Positions 40,975-49,300 of a DNA stretch of 60,992 nucleotides are shown in pieces. The notes under the pieces are model-generated. The model made no database searches and had not been told where the DNA came from. It saw only the letters and a program-made list of their open reading frames with translations. This DNA comes from a candidate division WOR-3 bacterium (GTDB lineage Bacteria > Hydrothermota > Tepidihabitantia > Tepidihabitantales > Tepidihabitantaceae). The stretch is from contig JBBISL010000010.1 in assembly GCA_037441285.1 (NCBI GenBank), positions 1 through 60,992 of the forward strand. The letters run 5' to 3'. Positions within the stretch are counted from its first letter, which is position 1; each line of letters begins with the position of its first letter. Made by a program: the position numbers and the translations under genes.

Positions 40975-40998
40975 CTTCGCCTCCTTAATTAATTATCC

Positions 40999-41024
40999 TG
41001 TGGGGCGGGAAATCCCGCCCCACA
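40999..41024. terminator. perfect GC-rich intergenic hairpin TGTGGGGCGGGA-AA-TCCCGCCCCACA
   Basis: 12-bp inverted repeat; a U-rich tail follows only on the + strand, so it may be a stabiliser or processing site on the coding (-) strand. Confidence 0.6.
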
Positions 41025-41039
41025 TCTTTTACTTCACCA

Positions 41040-41441
41040 TCACCTTGGTGGTATTGTCGGCCGTGTTGTCTCATACTGAAGAATCAGGTCAAAAGTGTCG
41101 CATACCTCTGGGTCATAGGAAGTCCAGGGTGTATAGTCGGAAAACAGAGTGTCACCCTGTTCTACAAGCCAGCCGATGAATGTGGAGTCCCAGCCATAAT
41201 CAATTGGGGGCTCTCCGCCATTCCACCAGTGAATGTAAAAGGGATTAGATTGAGGTTGGTAGTAAACAACAGTGTCCAATTCCGGATTTGGTGACTGGTT
41301 ATTTGCGCGCCAGCACTCAATCCAACTTTCCTTCTGTCCCCCAGCTTTAATGTTCCGGGTGAAAAAGCCCTCTTCCTGGGCATAGATGAGCAGTGGCAGG
41401 ATAAACAGAAGAGTGAATATCAAAGTTTGTTTCCTTTTCAT
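41040..41441 (-). CDS. small exported aromatic/acidic protein of unknown function
   Basis: SD AAAGGAGG and signal peptide MKRKQTLIFTLLFILPLLIYA. Confidence 0.75.
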   Translation of the reverse strand: MKRKQTLIFTLLFILPLLIYAQEEGFFTRNIKAGGQKESWIECWRANNQSPNPELDTVVYYQPQSNPFYIHWWNGGEPPIDYGWDSTFIGWLVEQGDTLFSDYTPWTSYDPEVCDTFDLILQYETTRPTIPPR

Positions 41442-41583
41442 CTTAAACCTCCTTTCTTTTTGTTCGTCCCTAATTGCCGCATTAAGTAATTTGAACTCCA
41501 GCCCAATTCTGGACTGGAGCCGCACCCTGCCACCAATAACCTCCCCGGATTTGTTGTAAAATAGAAAATCACAAGATAGAACG

Positions 41584-41613
41584 AGTAGAGTAGAGTAGTG
41601 TAGTGTAGTGTAG
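41584..41613 (+). repeat. pentanucleotide tandem repeat (AGTAG)3(TGTAG)3
   Basis: Directly visible; lies in the predicted leader of the 41441 gene. Confidence 0.9.
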
Positions 41614-42108
41614 ACTCGCCATCGCGGTTTTACTCTGTAAAAATATACAACAAAAACCTGTTCTGTCAAGGCGCTGGCATCTTGTGTATCTTCTCACCCT
41701 ATAAAATTTATATACGAAAAGATAAGGAAAAGTGACAAATTTGACCCCCTCCCCTGTCCGGGGGCAATCCCCGGGATAGTCTTAACCACCCCATCATTCA
41801 CCGCCTCTTATACCACCCTTTCTGTCGTTTCTGAACCTGTTCCACACCCCATTAGATTACCTATCTTATTGACAATCCATAGTGTTATACTTAAAACCGA
41901 CCTGAATTCTCCATCCTGAAAAACCTCTCCATCAAAATCTCACCAGGTTCTTAATAACACCCTATAGACCCGTTCCACCGGAAATCTAAATGCTCTTTCT
42001 GGGTCACATCGCCCGGTGGCATCTTAACCCTTACCCCCGATAAATTAGACCCCGAAAATCGGCTAAATTCACGGTGCTTTGTTCCAAAGGAAACAAACCT
42101 GATGCCGC

Positions 42109-43341
42109 TCAGACCTTTTCGGCAATCAGGTCGTATGTTGAACTGGCAACAATCTTCGCATTGATGAACTCACCCGGAAAAACCTTATCTCCCCGCAAGC
42201 GCACCACGCCATCAATCTCCGGTGCATCCCATTCGGTTCTGCCCTCATTTAAAAAATCCATCAACACCACTGTATTCTGTCCCACCATTGATTTCAGTCG
42301 GGCACGCGAAATCCGCGCCTGGGTTCTCATAATCCGGCGCAGCCGCAACCGGGCGGTTTCCTTATCTACTTGATTTGCCATCGCAAACGCCCGGGTCCCG
42401 GGTTCTGGTGAAAAAACATAGCCCGAAAGCCGGTCAAACTGCGCCTGTTTGACGAATTGCAAAAGTTCCTCAAACTCCGCTTCTGTCTCACCCGGAAAAC
42501 CGGTAATGACCGTTGTCCGCACCCGCATCTCAGGTACTGTTCTTAATCGACCGAGCAGTTTTTCCACATCCCTTCTGGTGTAACGCCGGTTCATCAACGC
42601 CAATATCCGGTCTGATATGTGCTGAATGGGCAGGTCAATGTACCGGCACAGTTTGGAGTTTGAGCCGAACTGCTCAATCACATCCTCTTTGAGATGTGCC
42701 GGATGGGTGTACAAAAGCCGAATCCATCGCAAACCTTTAACCGGTTCCAGTTTTGAGAGTAATTGTGCCAGCGCTGGTGAACCGTAAATATCTTTGCCGT
42801 ACAGAGTGGTATCCTGAGCGATAAGAATCAACTCCTTAACCCCGGCGCCCGCAAGCGCCTCAGCCTCGGCAACAACCTCTTCAATTGGTCGCGAGCGAAA
42901 CTTACCCCTGATATCAGGAATCAAACAGTAACTGCAACGATTTTCACAACCATCCGCAATCTTCAAATAGGCGTAATGGCTCGGGGTTGAAATCAGACGC
43001 GCTGATGTCCGGGCAAAGAATCGGCTCATCTCTTTAAGTGTGAGCCAGCGGTCAACACCGGGAAATCTCTTTTTCAGACCCCTGCCGTACCTTTCAACCA
43101 GACAGCCGGCAACGAAGAGTTTTAAAGACGGGTTGTTTTCCTTCAGCCGCAGCAGATTTTTTATCGCATCCTCGGTCTCCTGCACCGCCGAAGAAAGAAA
43201 GGCACAGGTTGTAAGGACAATCAGGTCCGCTTCGGGTAGATTTTCGGTCAGTTCGTAACCGGCGTCAAGGAGCGCTCCAAGAAGATGTTCAGAATCAACC
43301 CGGTTTTTCGGACAGCCCAGCGCCTTCACCGCTGCCCGCAC
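42109..43341 (-). CDS. rimO: ribosomal protein S12 methylthiotransferase
   Basis: LGCPKNRVDSE, YLKIADGCENRCSYC, LIAQDTT and DAPEIDG. Confidence 0.95.
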   Translation of the reverse strand: MRAAVKALGCPKNRVDSEHLLGALLDAGYELTENLPEADLIVLTTCAFLSSAVQETEDAIKNLLRLKENNPSLKLFVAGCLVERYGRGLKKRFPGVDRWLTLKEMSRFFARTSARLISTPSHYAYLKIADGCENRCSYCLIPDIRGKFRSRPIEEVVAEAEALAGAGVKELILIAQDTTLYGKDIYGSPALAQLLSKLEPVKGLRWIRLLYTHPAHLKEDVIEQFGSNSKLCRYIDLPIQHISDRILALMNRRYTRRDVEKLLGRLRTVPEMRVRTTVITGFPGETEAEFEELLQFVKQAQFDRLSGYVFSPEPGTRAFAMANQVDKETARLRLRRIMRTQARISRARLKSMVGQNTVVLMDFLNEGRTEWDAPEIDGVVRLRGDKVFPGEFINAKIVASSTYDLIAEKV

Positions 43342-43344
43342 CGT

Positions 43345-43740
43345 TCACACCTTCCACAGTTTGCCGGTTGCCTCTGCCAGAACAACGCCCGCGCTATCCA
43401 CGAGCCGGCTTTTGGTGTAAACGATTCTCCCCTCCTCACCGGTTATCCAGCCGGAACCGGAAATCTCCTTTCCCACCGGTACCGGTTTGCGAAAACGGAC
43501 GCTCATCTCTGCGGTAACGGTATTGTAACCTCTGGACTTAACCGACCACGCCATCAACTCATCAAGCAGGGTTGCAACAATGCCACCGTGCACAATCCCG
43601 TGCCAGCCCTGATAACGCTCGGCAATCACATACCTTTCAAACCGGGCGCCCTGTTCGTCTGCCACAATCGGCAACTGCAGCCCATCCGGGTTCTGCCGGC
43701 CACAGGCAAAACAGGTGTCCCGATTCTCCAGCCGCGGCAT
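43345..43740 (-). CDS. PaaI-family hotdog thioesterase
   Basis: CFACGRQNPDGL and YQGWHGIVHGGIVATLLDE. Confidence 0.9.
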   Translation of the reverse strand: MPRLENRDTCFACGRQNPDGLQLPIVADEQGARFERYVIAERYQGWHGIVHGGIVATLLDELMAWSVKSRGYNTVTAEMSVRFRKPVPVGKEISGSGWITGEEGRIVYTKSRLVDSAGVVLAEATGKLWKV

Positions 43741-43741
43741 A

Positions 43742-44383
43742 CTAATATTCAATCGTTGTGCCGGCGGGCGGCACAAATCGGAAAAGTTTGGACGATAGCG
43801 CCGGATTCCACTTTTGACCCTGTAAAACAAACCGGCACCAGTTGCCCCAGTCGTCGTAAAAAGAGAAACCGTCAACCCTTAATCCGCTCTGGTCCAGTTC
43901 CAGCCTCATATCCCGAAAAACCGACCCCTCATCATCCCGAATTAAGAGCACCCTTGTACCATCGGGCAGTATCTCTTCGGTTATTGTGCCGGTGGTGTCC
44001 AGAAGCGGTGCGATAAATGCCAGCAAAGGAAACGGTTCCTGCCGCTTCTGCATCACCGCCCGTTTCTCTGCGGGAAGATAAAACCAGACAATCGAATCAT
44101 TGCCCACAATCACCTGCCGCATCGGTTTCGTGACCTCGAGCCGGAACCGATTGGGCATCTGGAAATAAAAACTGCCGGCAAAAAAGGTCGTCTCTTCACT
44201 CATCTCCGATATTAGCGTCTCGGTAAAACTGCCGCTGAGCGATTTCAACCCGAGATACCGCTGCCGCAACTTTATCCAGCCGGTATTTTGTCCAACTCCC
44301 CCGCGCTGGTCTCCCGGAGCGGCAAAAAGCGCAGCGGTGATTACCAGAAAACAAAATGCGATAGAGAAATGTTTACGCCCCAT
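43742..44383 (-). CDS. lolA: outer-membrane lipoprotein carrier LolA
   Basis: Signal peptide, PNRFRLE, QVIVGND.IVWFY and LFRFVPPAG. Confidence 0.85.
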   Translation of the reverse strand: MGRKHFSIAFCFLVITAALFAAPGDQRGGVGQNTGWIKLRQRYLGLKSLSGSFTETLISEMSEETTFFAGSFYFQMPNRFRLEVTKPMRQVIVGNDSIVWFYLPAEKRAVMQKRQEPFPLLAFIAPLLDTTGTITEEILPDGTRVLLIRDDEGSVFRDMRLELDQSGLRVDGFSFYDDWGNWCRFVLQGQKWNPALSSKLFRFVPPAGTTIEY

Positions 44384-44571
44384 CAGTAAAATATATCAAC
44401 TGTCGTCTCTCAGTCAACAACACCGATTCACCGGACAACCTTTTTCCCCGCTGGTAAATCTCTCCTATCATAGAGATGCCAGTCAAAGGTACAGTCGGGC
44501 GGATAGCATCGAGTTTACCGGGTGAAAAAAAACTTGACCGGCAACGAATAATCGCTAACTTATAACACCCG

Positions 44572-45375
44572 GTGCGGAACTTTTTAACTCGACTTTTCCT
44601 CCTGTTGGTTATTGTCTTAATCCTCTTTTCTGGCTGCCGGCGTAGTGCCAAAACCCATCTGACAATTGCCGGTTCAACCTCGGTTCAGCCTTTTGCTGAA
44701 CTCCTTGCCGAACGGTATATGACGGAGCACCCGGGCGTGGAAATCAATGTCCAGGGCGGTGGCTCCAGTGCTGGTATCCGTGCGGTTCAGAATCGCATCT
44801 GCGACATTGGTATGTCCTCGCGCCCCTTAACGCCCGAGGAACAAAACCTTAAGCAGTGGACAATTGCTCTTGATGGTATCGTCTTGATTGTCCATAAACA
44901 AAACCCGGTGAGAAACATCACCCTTGAGCAGTTAAAGGCGGTGTTCTCTGGCAAAATTCGCAACTGGCAGGAATTGGGTGGCCCAGACCAGAAAATCACC
45001 GTCATCACCCGCGAAGAGGGTTCCGGCACAAGGGGCTGTTTTGAAGAAATCGTAATGCAGGGTACACACTTCGCAGCCGATGCGCTTGTTCAGGACTCTA
45101 ATGGTGCGGTGCGCGAAATCGTTGCCAGCGACCCGGCAGCAATCGGCTACATCTCATTCGGACTGGTAGATGAACGGGTCAAGCCTTTGACCGTAGACGG
45201 TATCACCCCTTCTGAGTCAACCATCACTGCCCACATCTACCCGCTTGCCCGTAAATTTCTTTTCCTCACCAATGGCGAACCCAGTACCCTTGCCCGTTCC
45301 TTTCTTGACTTCGTTCTGGGACCGGAAGGACAAAAAACACTTGCCGAGGAAGGGCTCATCAAGGCGGTGCCGTGA
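44572..45375 (+). CDS. pstS: phosphate ABC transporter substrate-binding lipoprotein
   Basis: Lipobox LFSGC, AGSTSV, GGSSAG, IGMSSR and REEGSGTR. Confidence 0.95.
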   Translation: MRNFLTRLFLLLVIVLILFSGCRRSAKTHLTIAGSTSVQPFAELLAERYMTEHPGVEINVQGGGSSAGIRAVQNRICDIGMSSRPLTPEEQNLKQWTIALDGIVLIVHKQNPVRNITLEQLKAVFSGKIRNWQELGGPDQKITVITREEGSGTRGCFEEIVMQGTHFAADALVQDSNGAVREIVASDPAAIGYISFGLVDERVKPLTVDGITPSESTITAHIYPLARKFLFLTNGEPSTLARSFLDFVLGPEGQKTLAEEGLIKAVP

Positions 45376-46211
45376 GAGAAAAGTTTATTGAGAAGGCCTT
45401 ACTACTTTGTGCCCTTTCTGCAATCGCTGCTTTGCTCCTGATCGCCCTTTTTATCTTCTATGAAGGCTTGCCCCTCATCATCCGCATCGGTCCCCAGAAC
45501 TTTCTTTTCTCATCAACCTGGGTGCCAACCAAAGGACATTTTGGGATTTTGCCAATGATTGTCGGCTCGCTTGAGGTTACCGTCCTCGCCTTAATCCTCG
45601 GCGGCGCGCTTGGTCTCGCCTGTGCAATGTTCCTTGCCGAATTTGCCCCACGCTGGAGTGTTCGCATCCTCAAACCGTTGATTGAACTCCTTGCCGGCAT
45701 CCCTTCGGTCGTCTATGGCTTCATCGGCGTTCTGGTTTTGGTACCATTGATTCGGCGAACGCTCGGCGGACCGGGATTTTCTGCCCTTGCCGCCGGCATC
45801 ATCCTTGGCATTATGATTCTACCCACGGTTATCGCGATATCACTTGACGCCCTGAACGCGGTCCCGCTCAGTTACAAAGAAGGGTCGCTCGCAGTTGGTG
45901 CCACACGCTGGCAGACGCTTTATCGACTGACCCTGCCGGCGGCGAAAAGCGGTATTATCGCCAGTCTGATTCTCGCAATGGGGCGTGCCGTCGGCGAAAC
46001 GATGGCGGTGATAATGGTGGCGGGCAACGCCCTCATCATTCCCAAGTCGCCTCTCGAACCGGTCCGCACCCTGACCTCCAACATCGCCCTCGAAATGGGC
46101 TACGCCTCGGGCACTCATCAAGAGGCGCTCTTTGCTACCGGCGTTGTGCTCTTTATTATCGTCGCCCTCCTGAACACCTTTGCCCTCCTTGCCCTGCGGA
46201 GAAAGGTATGA
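45372..46211 (+). CDS. pstC: phosphate ABC transporter permease
   Basis: ELLAGIPSVVYG and GRAVGETMAVIMVAGN. Confidence 0.95.
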   Translation: MREKFIEKALLLCALSAIAALLLIALFIFYEGLPLIIRIGPQNFLFSSTWVPTKGHFGILPMIVGSLEVTVLALILGGALGLACAMFLAEFAPRWSVRILKPLIELLAGIPSVVYGFIGVLVLVPLIRRTLGGPGFSALAAGIILGIMILPTVIAISLDALNAVPLSYKEGSLAVGATRWQTLYRLTLPAAKSGIIASLILAMGRAVGETMAVIMVAGNALIIPKSPLEPVRTLTSNIALEMGYASGTHQEALFATGVVLFIIVALLNTFALLALRRKV

Positions 46212-47044
46212 GCCGCCGCCCCCTGATAGTTCAACGCCTGGTCTGGCTCCTTCTCGCCTTACTCACCCTGTTCACCCTGACAATACTCTTTTACATCATC
46301 GGTTACATAACCGCCCAGGGCGCACCAACCCTGACCCCGGAGTTTCTCTTTGGAATGCCCGAGCGGATGGGCAAGCAAGGTGGCATCCTGCCCACAATCA
46401 TTGCCACCATCTATCTCGCCCTGCTCGCAATTGTTATCGCCACACCGCTTGGCGTCGGCACCGCGGTTTACCTGACCGAGTACACCAGGGAGTCAACTTT
46501 AACCCGAATCATCCGATTTGGTGCCGATGCCCTTGCCGGTGTCCCTTCGATTATCTTCGGCTTATTTGGGTTTATTCTGTTTGTCATCCGCCTGAAGATG
46601 GGCTGGTCAATTCTTGCCGGCAGCCTCACCCTGGCCGTAATGATTCTCCCGACCATCATCCGCACCAGCGAAGAGGCGATTCGCACCGTGCCCTATGCCT
46701 TCCGGGAAGTAAGTTACTCTTTAGGTGGTACAAAATCCCAGACCATTCTCAATGTCGTTCTGCCCAATGCGTTACCCGGTATCTTGACCGGAATTATCCT
46801 CGGCTTGGGCAGAAGCGTTGCTGAAACTGCGGCGGTAATTTTCACCGCCGGCTCCTCGCTCCGCATACCACGCTCTATTTTTGACCCGGCACGCACTATG
46901 GCGGTCCACTTCTACATCCTTGCCCGTGAGGGCATCTCAATGCCCCGTGCCTACGGCACCGCCCTGCTCTTAATCATCTCCATCCTTTTAATCAATGCTA
47001 TCGCCTATATCTTATTGTTCCGACTGACCCGACGCTTCCGATAA
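46208..47044 (+). CDS. pstA: phosphate ABC transporter permease
   Basis: LAGVPSIIFGLFG, RTSEEA and RSVAETAA. Confidence 0.95.
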   Translation: MSRRPLIVQRLVWLLLALLTLFTLTILFYIIGYITAQGAPTLTPEFLFGMPERMGKQGGILPTIIATIYLALLAIVIATPLGVGTAVYLTEYTRESTLTRIIRFGADALAGVPSIIFGLFGFILFVIRLKMGWSILAGSLTLAVMILPTIIRTSEEAIRTVPYAFREVSYSLGGTKSQTILNVVLPNALPGILTGIILGLGRSVAETAAVIFTAGSSLRIPRSIFDPARTMAVHFYILAREGISMPRAYGTALLLIISILLINAIAYILLFRLTRRFR

Positions 47045-47794
47045 ATGAAACCGAAAATCACCCTTGAACATCTCACCGTCACTGTTGATGGCAAACCGAT
47101 TCTCACCGACATCAACCTCACCATTTTTGAACATGAAATTTTTTCTATAATCGGTCCGGCACATTCGGGCAAAACCACTCTTTTAAGAACCATCAACCGG
47201 CTGATTGAAACCCAGCCCGGTTTTACCCGCACCGGCAAACTACTGCTTGACGGCAAGGATGTTTGGGACTGGGACATCAACACCTTACGGCGTCGGATTG
47301 GCTTCATCTTCGCCACTCCAATTCCGCTCCCGGGCACAATCTTTGACAACATCGCTTATGGACCCCGACTCAAAGGCATCCGCAACACAAGAAAACTAAC
47401 CGAGATTGTTGAACGGAGCCTGCGTGCTGCCTTCCTCTGGGACGAAGTGAAAGACCGACTGTTCACATCTGCCCTTCGGCTCTCCGGCGGTCAGCAGCAA
47501 CGGCTCTGTATCGCCCGGACCCTCGCCCTTGACCCCGAGGTCGTGATGATGGACGAACCCTGTTCCGGACTTGACCCCATCTCCACGGCACAGATTGAGG
47601 ATGCGATGCGCCAGTTGAAAACCCGCTACACCTTCATCCTTGTAACCAACAATGTAAAACAGGCGGCACGGGTGTCAGACCGGGTCGCCTTTTTTCTTGC
47701 CGGTCAACTGATTGAAGTGAACACCGCAGAAATCATCTTCACCCGCCCGGCAGATCAACGCACCGACGACTACATCTCGGGCCGCATCGGCTGA
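47045..47794 (+). CDS. pstB: phosphate ABC ATPase PstB, copy 1 (degenerate Walker A, Q-loop and H-loop; intact signature)
   Basis: GPAHSGKTT, IFATP, LSGGQQQRL, MDEPCS, VTNN and DYISGRIG. Confidence 0.9.
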   Translation: MKPKITLEHLTVTVDGKPILTDINLTIFEHEIFSIIGPAHSGKTTLLRTINRLIETQPGFTRTGKLLLDGKDVWDWDINTLRRRIGFIFATPIPLPGTIFDNIAYGPRLKGIRNTRKLTEIVERSLRAAFLWDEVKDRLFTSALRLSGGQQQRLCIARTLALDPEVVMMDEPCSGLDPISTAQIEDAMRQLKTRYTFILVTNNVKQAARVSDRVAFFLAGQLIEVNTAEIIFTRPADQRTDDYISGRIG

Positions 47795-47804
47795 GGAGTG
47801 AAAG

Positions 47805-48566
47805 ATGCCTGATACCTGCACCACGAAACTCCAGACCAAAAACCTGAATGTGTTTTACGGCAACTTTCGGGCGGTCCAGGATGTCAGCATCGACTTTCCG
47901 TCCTGCGCCATCACCGCAATTATCGGTCCCTCGGGCTGTGGCAAATCCACCCTCTTACGCAGTTTTAACCGGATGAATGAACTGATTGAAGGCGCCCGCA
48001 TCCAGGGAGAAATACTCCTTGACGGAATCAACATTTACCGGCTCAATGTCCTCGAACTGCGGCAGCGGGTCGGGATGGTGTTTCAGCGACCCAACGCCTT
48101 CCCTTTTTCGGTGTTTGACAATGTTGCCTATGGTCCCCGGATTCATGGTGAACGGCGTCACTCCCGGCTTGCGGAAATCGTGGAACGCAGTCTGCGTGCG
48201 GTCCGGCTCTGGAACGAACTCAAAGACCACTTAAACAAAAACGCCTTAACCCTTACCGACGAACAGCGCCAGCGTCTCTGTATTGCCCGATTGCTGGCGG
48301 TTGACCCCGAAGTCCTGCTTCTTGACGAACCCTGCTCAGCCCTCGACCCGATTGCCACCCTGCACATCGAAGAACTCCTGCGCCAGCTCCGCGAAAAATA
48401 CACCATCATCATTGTTACCCACAATATGCAGCAAGCCGCCCGGGTATCAGATTTTACCGGATTTATGCTCCTCGGCCGCTTGATTGAATTTGGCACTACC
48501 AGCCAGATTTTTACAAAACCCAAGCAACCCGACACCGAAAACTACATCTCGGGTAAATTTGGCTAA
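47805..48566 (+). CDS. pstB: phosphate ABC ATPase PstB, copy 2 (degenerate signature; intact Walker A, Q-loop and H-loop)
   Basis: [33 protein letters not shown] and YISGKFG. Confidence 0.92.
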   Translation: MPDTCTTKLQTKNLNVFYGNFRAVQDVSIDFPSCAITAIIGPSGCGKSTLLRSFNRMNELIEGARIQGEILLDGINIYRLNVLELRQRVGMVFQRPNAFPFSVFDNVAYGPRIHGERRHSRLAEIVERSLRAVRLWNELKDHLNKNALTLTDEQRQRLCIARLLAVDPEVLLLDEPCSALDPIATLHIEELLRQLREKYTIIIVTHNMQQAARVSDFTGFMLLGRLIEFGTTSQIFTKPKQPDTENYISGKFG

Positions 48567-48620
48567 TGTCAACCTTTGTAAAATGGTGAAAAATTGCTAT
48601 TATATTAACAGGAGAAGTCA

Positions 48621-49289
48621 ATGACCCTACTTGAAGAGAAAATCGCTAATTTGAAAGAAAAACTGCTGGCAATGGCAGCGGCAGTAGAAAAGATGGTCGA
48701 TATCAGTATCCAGTCACTGGTGAAAAGAGACCACCTTTTAGCAGAGCAGGTAATTAACGACCTCGAGCCCAAAATCAACCAGGCTGAGATTGAAATTGAA
48801 GATACCGCCATTAACCTCATTGCCCTACATCAACCCGAAGCATCTAACCTCCGCACCATCACAATGGTAATCAAAATCAACAACGATTTGGAGCGTATCG
48901 GGGACCATGCGGTCAATATTGCCGAGGCAGCGTTGTTCCTTATTCCCCGCCCGCCGGTGAAGCCGCTGATTGACCTGCCCCGGATGGCGCAACACACGAT
49001 TCAAATGCTGCGTGACAGCCTTGACGCCTTTACTAAAAAGGACGCTGAACTCGCCCGGAACGTCTGTGCCCGCGACTCAGTTGTTGACTCGTTGAAAGAC
49101 CAGATTAACCGCGAACTTATCACTTATATGACCAGTGACGCCACCACCATTGACCGGGCTTTAAAACTGATGCTCATCTCTCTAAATCTGGAACGTATTG
49201 CCGACCTCGCAACCAATATCGCTGAGGATGTCATTTACGCGGTCAAGGGTGAAGTCATCAAACACGGTAAAGGTGAACCGGTCACCTGA
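48621..49289 (+). CDS. phoU: phosphate signalling protein PhoU
   Basis: DLERIGDHAVNIAE and LERIADLATNIAEDV. Confidence 0.96.
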   Translation: MTLLEEKIANLKEKLLAMAAAVEKMVDISIQSLVKRDHLLAEQVINDLEPKINQAEIEIEDTAINLIALHQPEASNLRTITMVIKINNDLERIGDHAVNIAEAALFLIPRPPVKPLIDLPRMAQHTIQMLRDSLDAFTKKDAELARNVCARDSVVDSLKDQINRELITYMTSDATTIDRALKLMLISLNLERIADLATNIAEDVIYAVKGEVIKHGKGEPVT

Positions 49290-49300
49290 TTGCCAACAGG

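Noticed and set aside
41442..41669. 76-aa N-terminal extension of the 41040 ORF from TTG 41669
   Set aside because: That TTG is the -35 box; the strong SD and signal peptide place the start at 41441.
43285..44016. 243-aa + strand ORF, and the many other short ORFs overlapping assigned genes
   Set aside because: Antisense or off-frame to well-supported genes, with no recognisable protein features.
48567..48590. TGTCAA...TGTAAA before phoU as a Pho box
   Set aside because: The period is 10 rather than 11, it overlaps a plausible -35, and there is no similar box before pstS.
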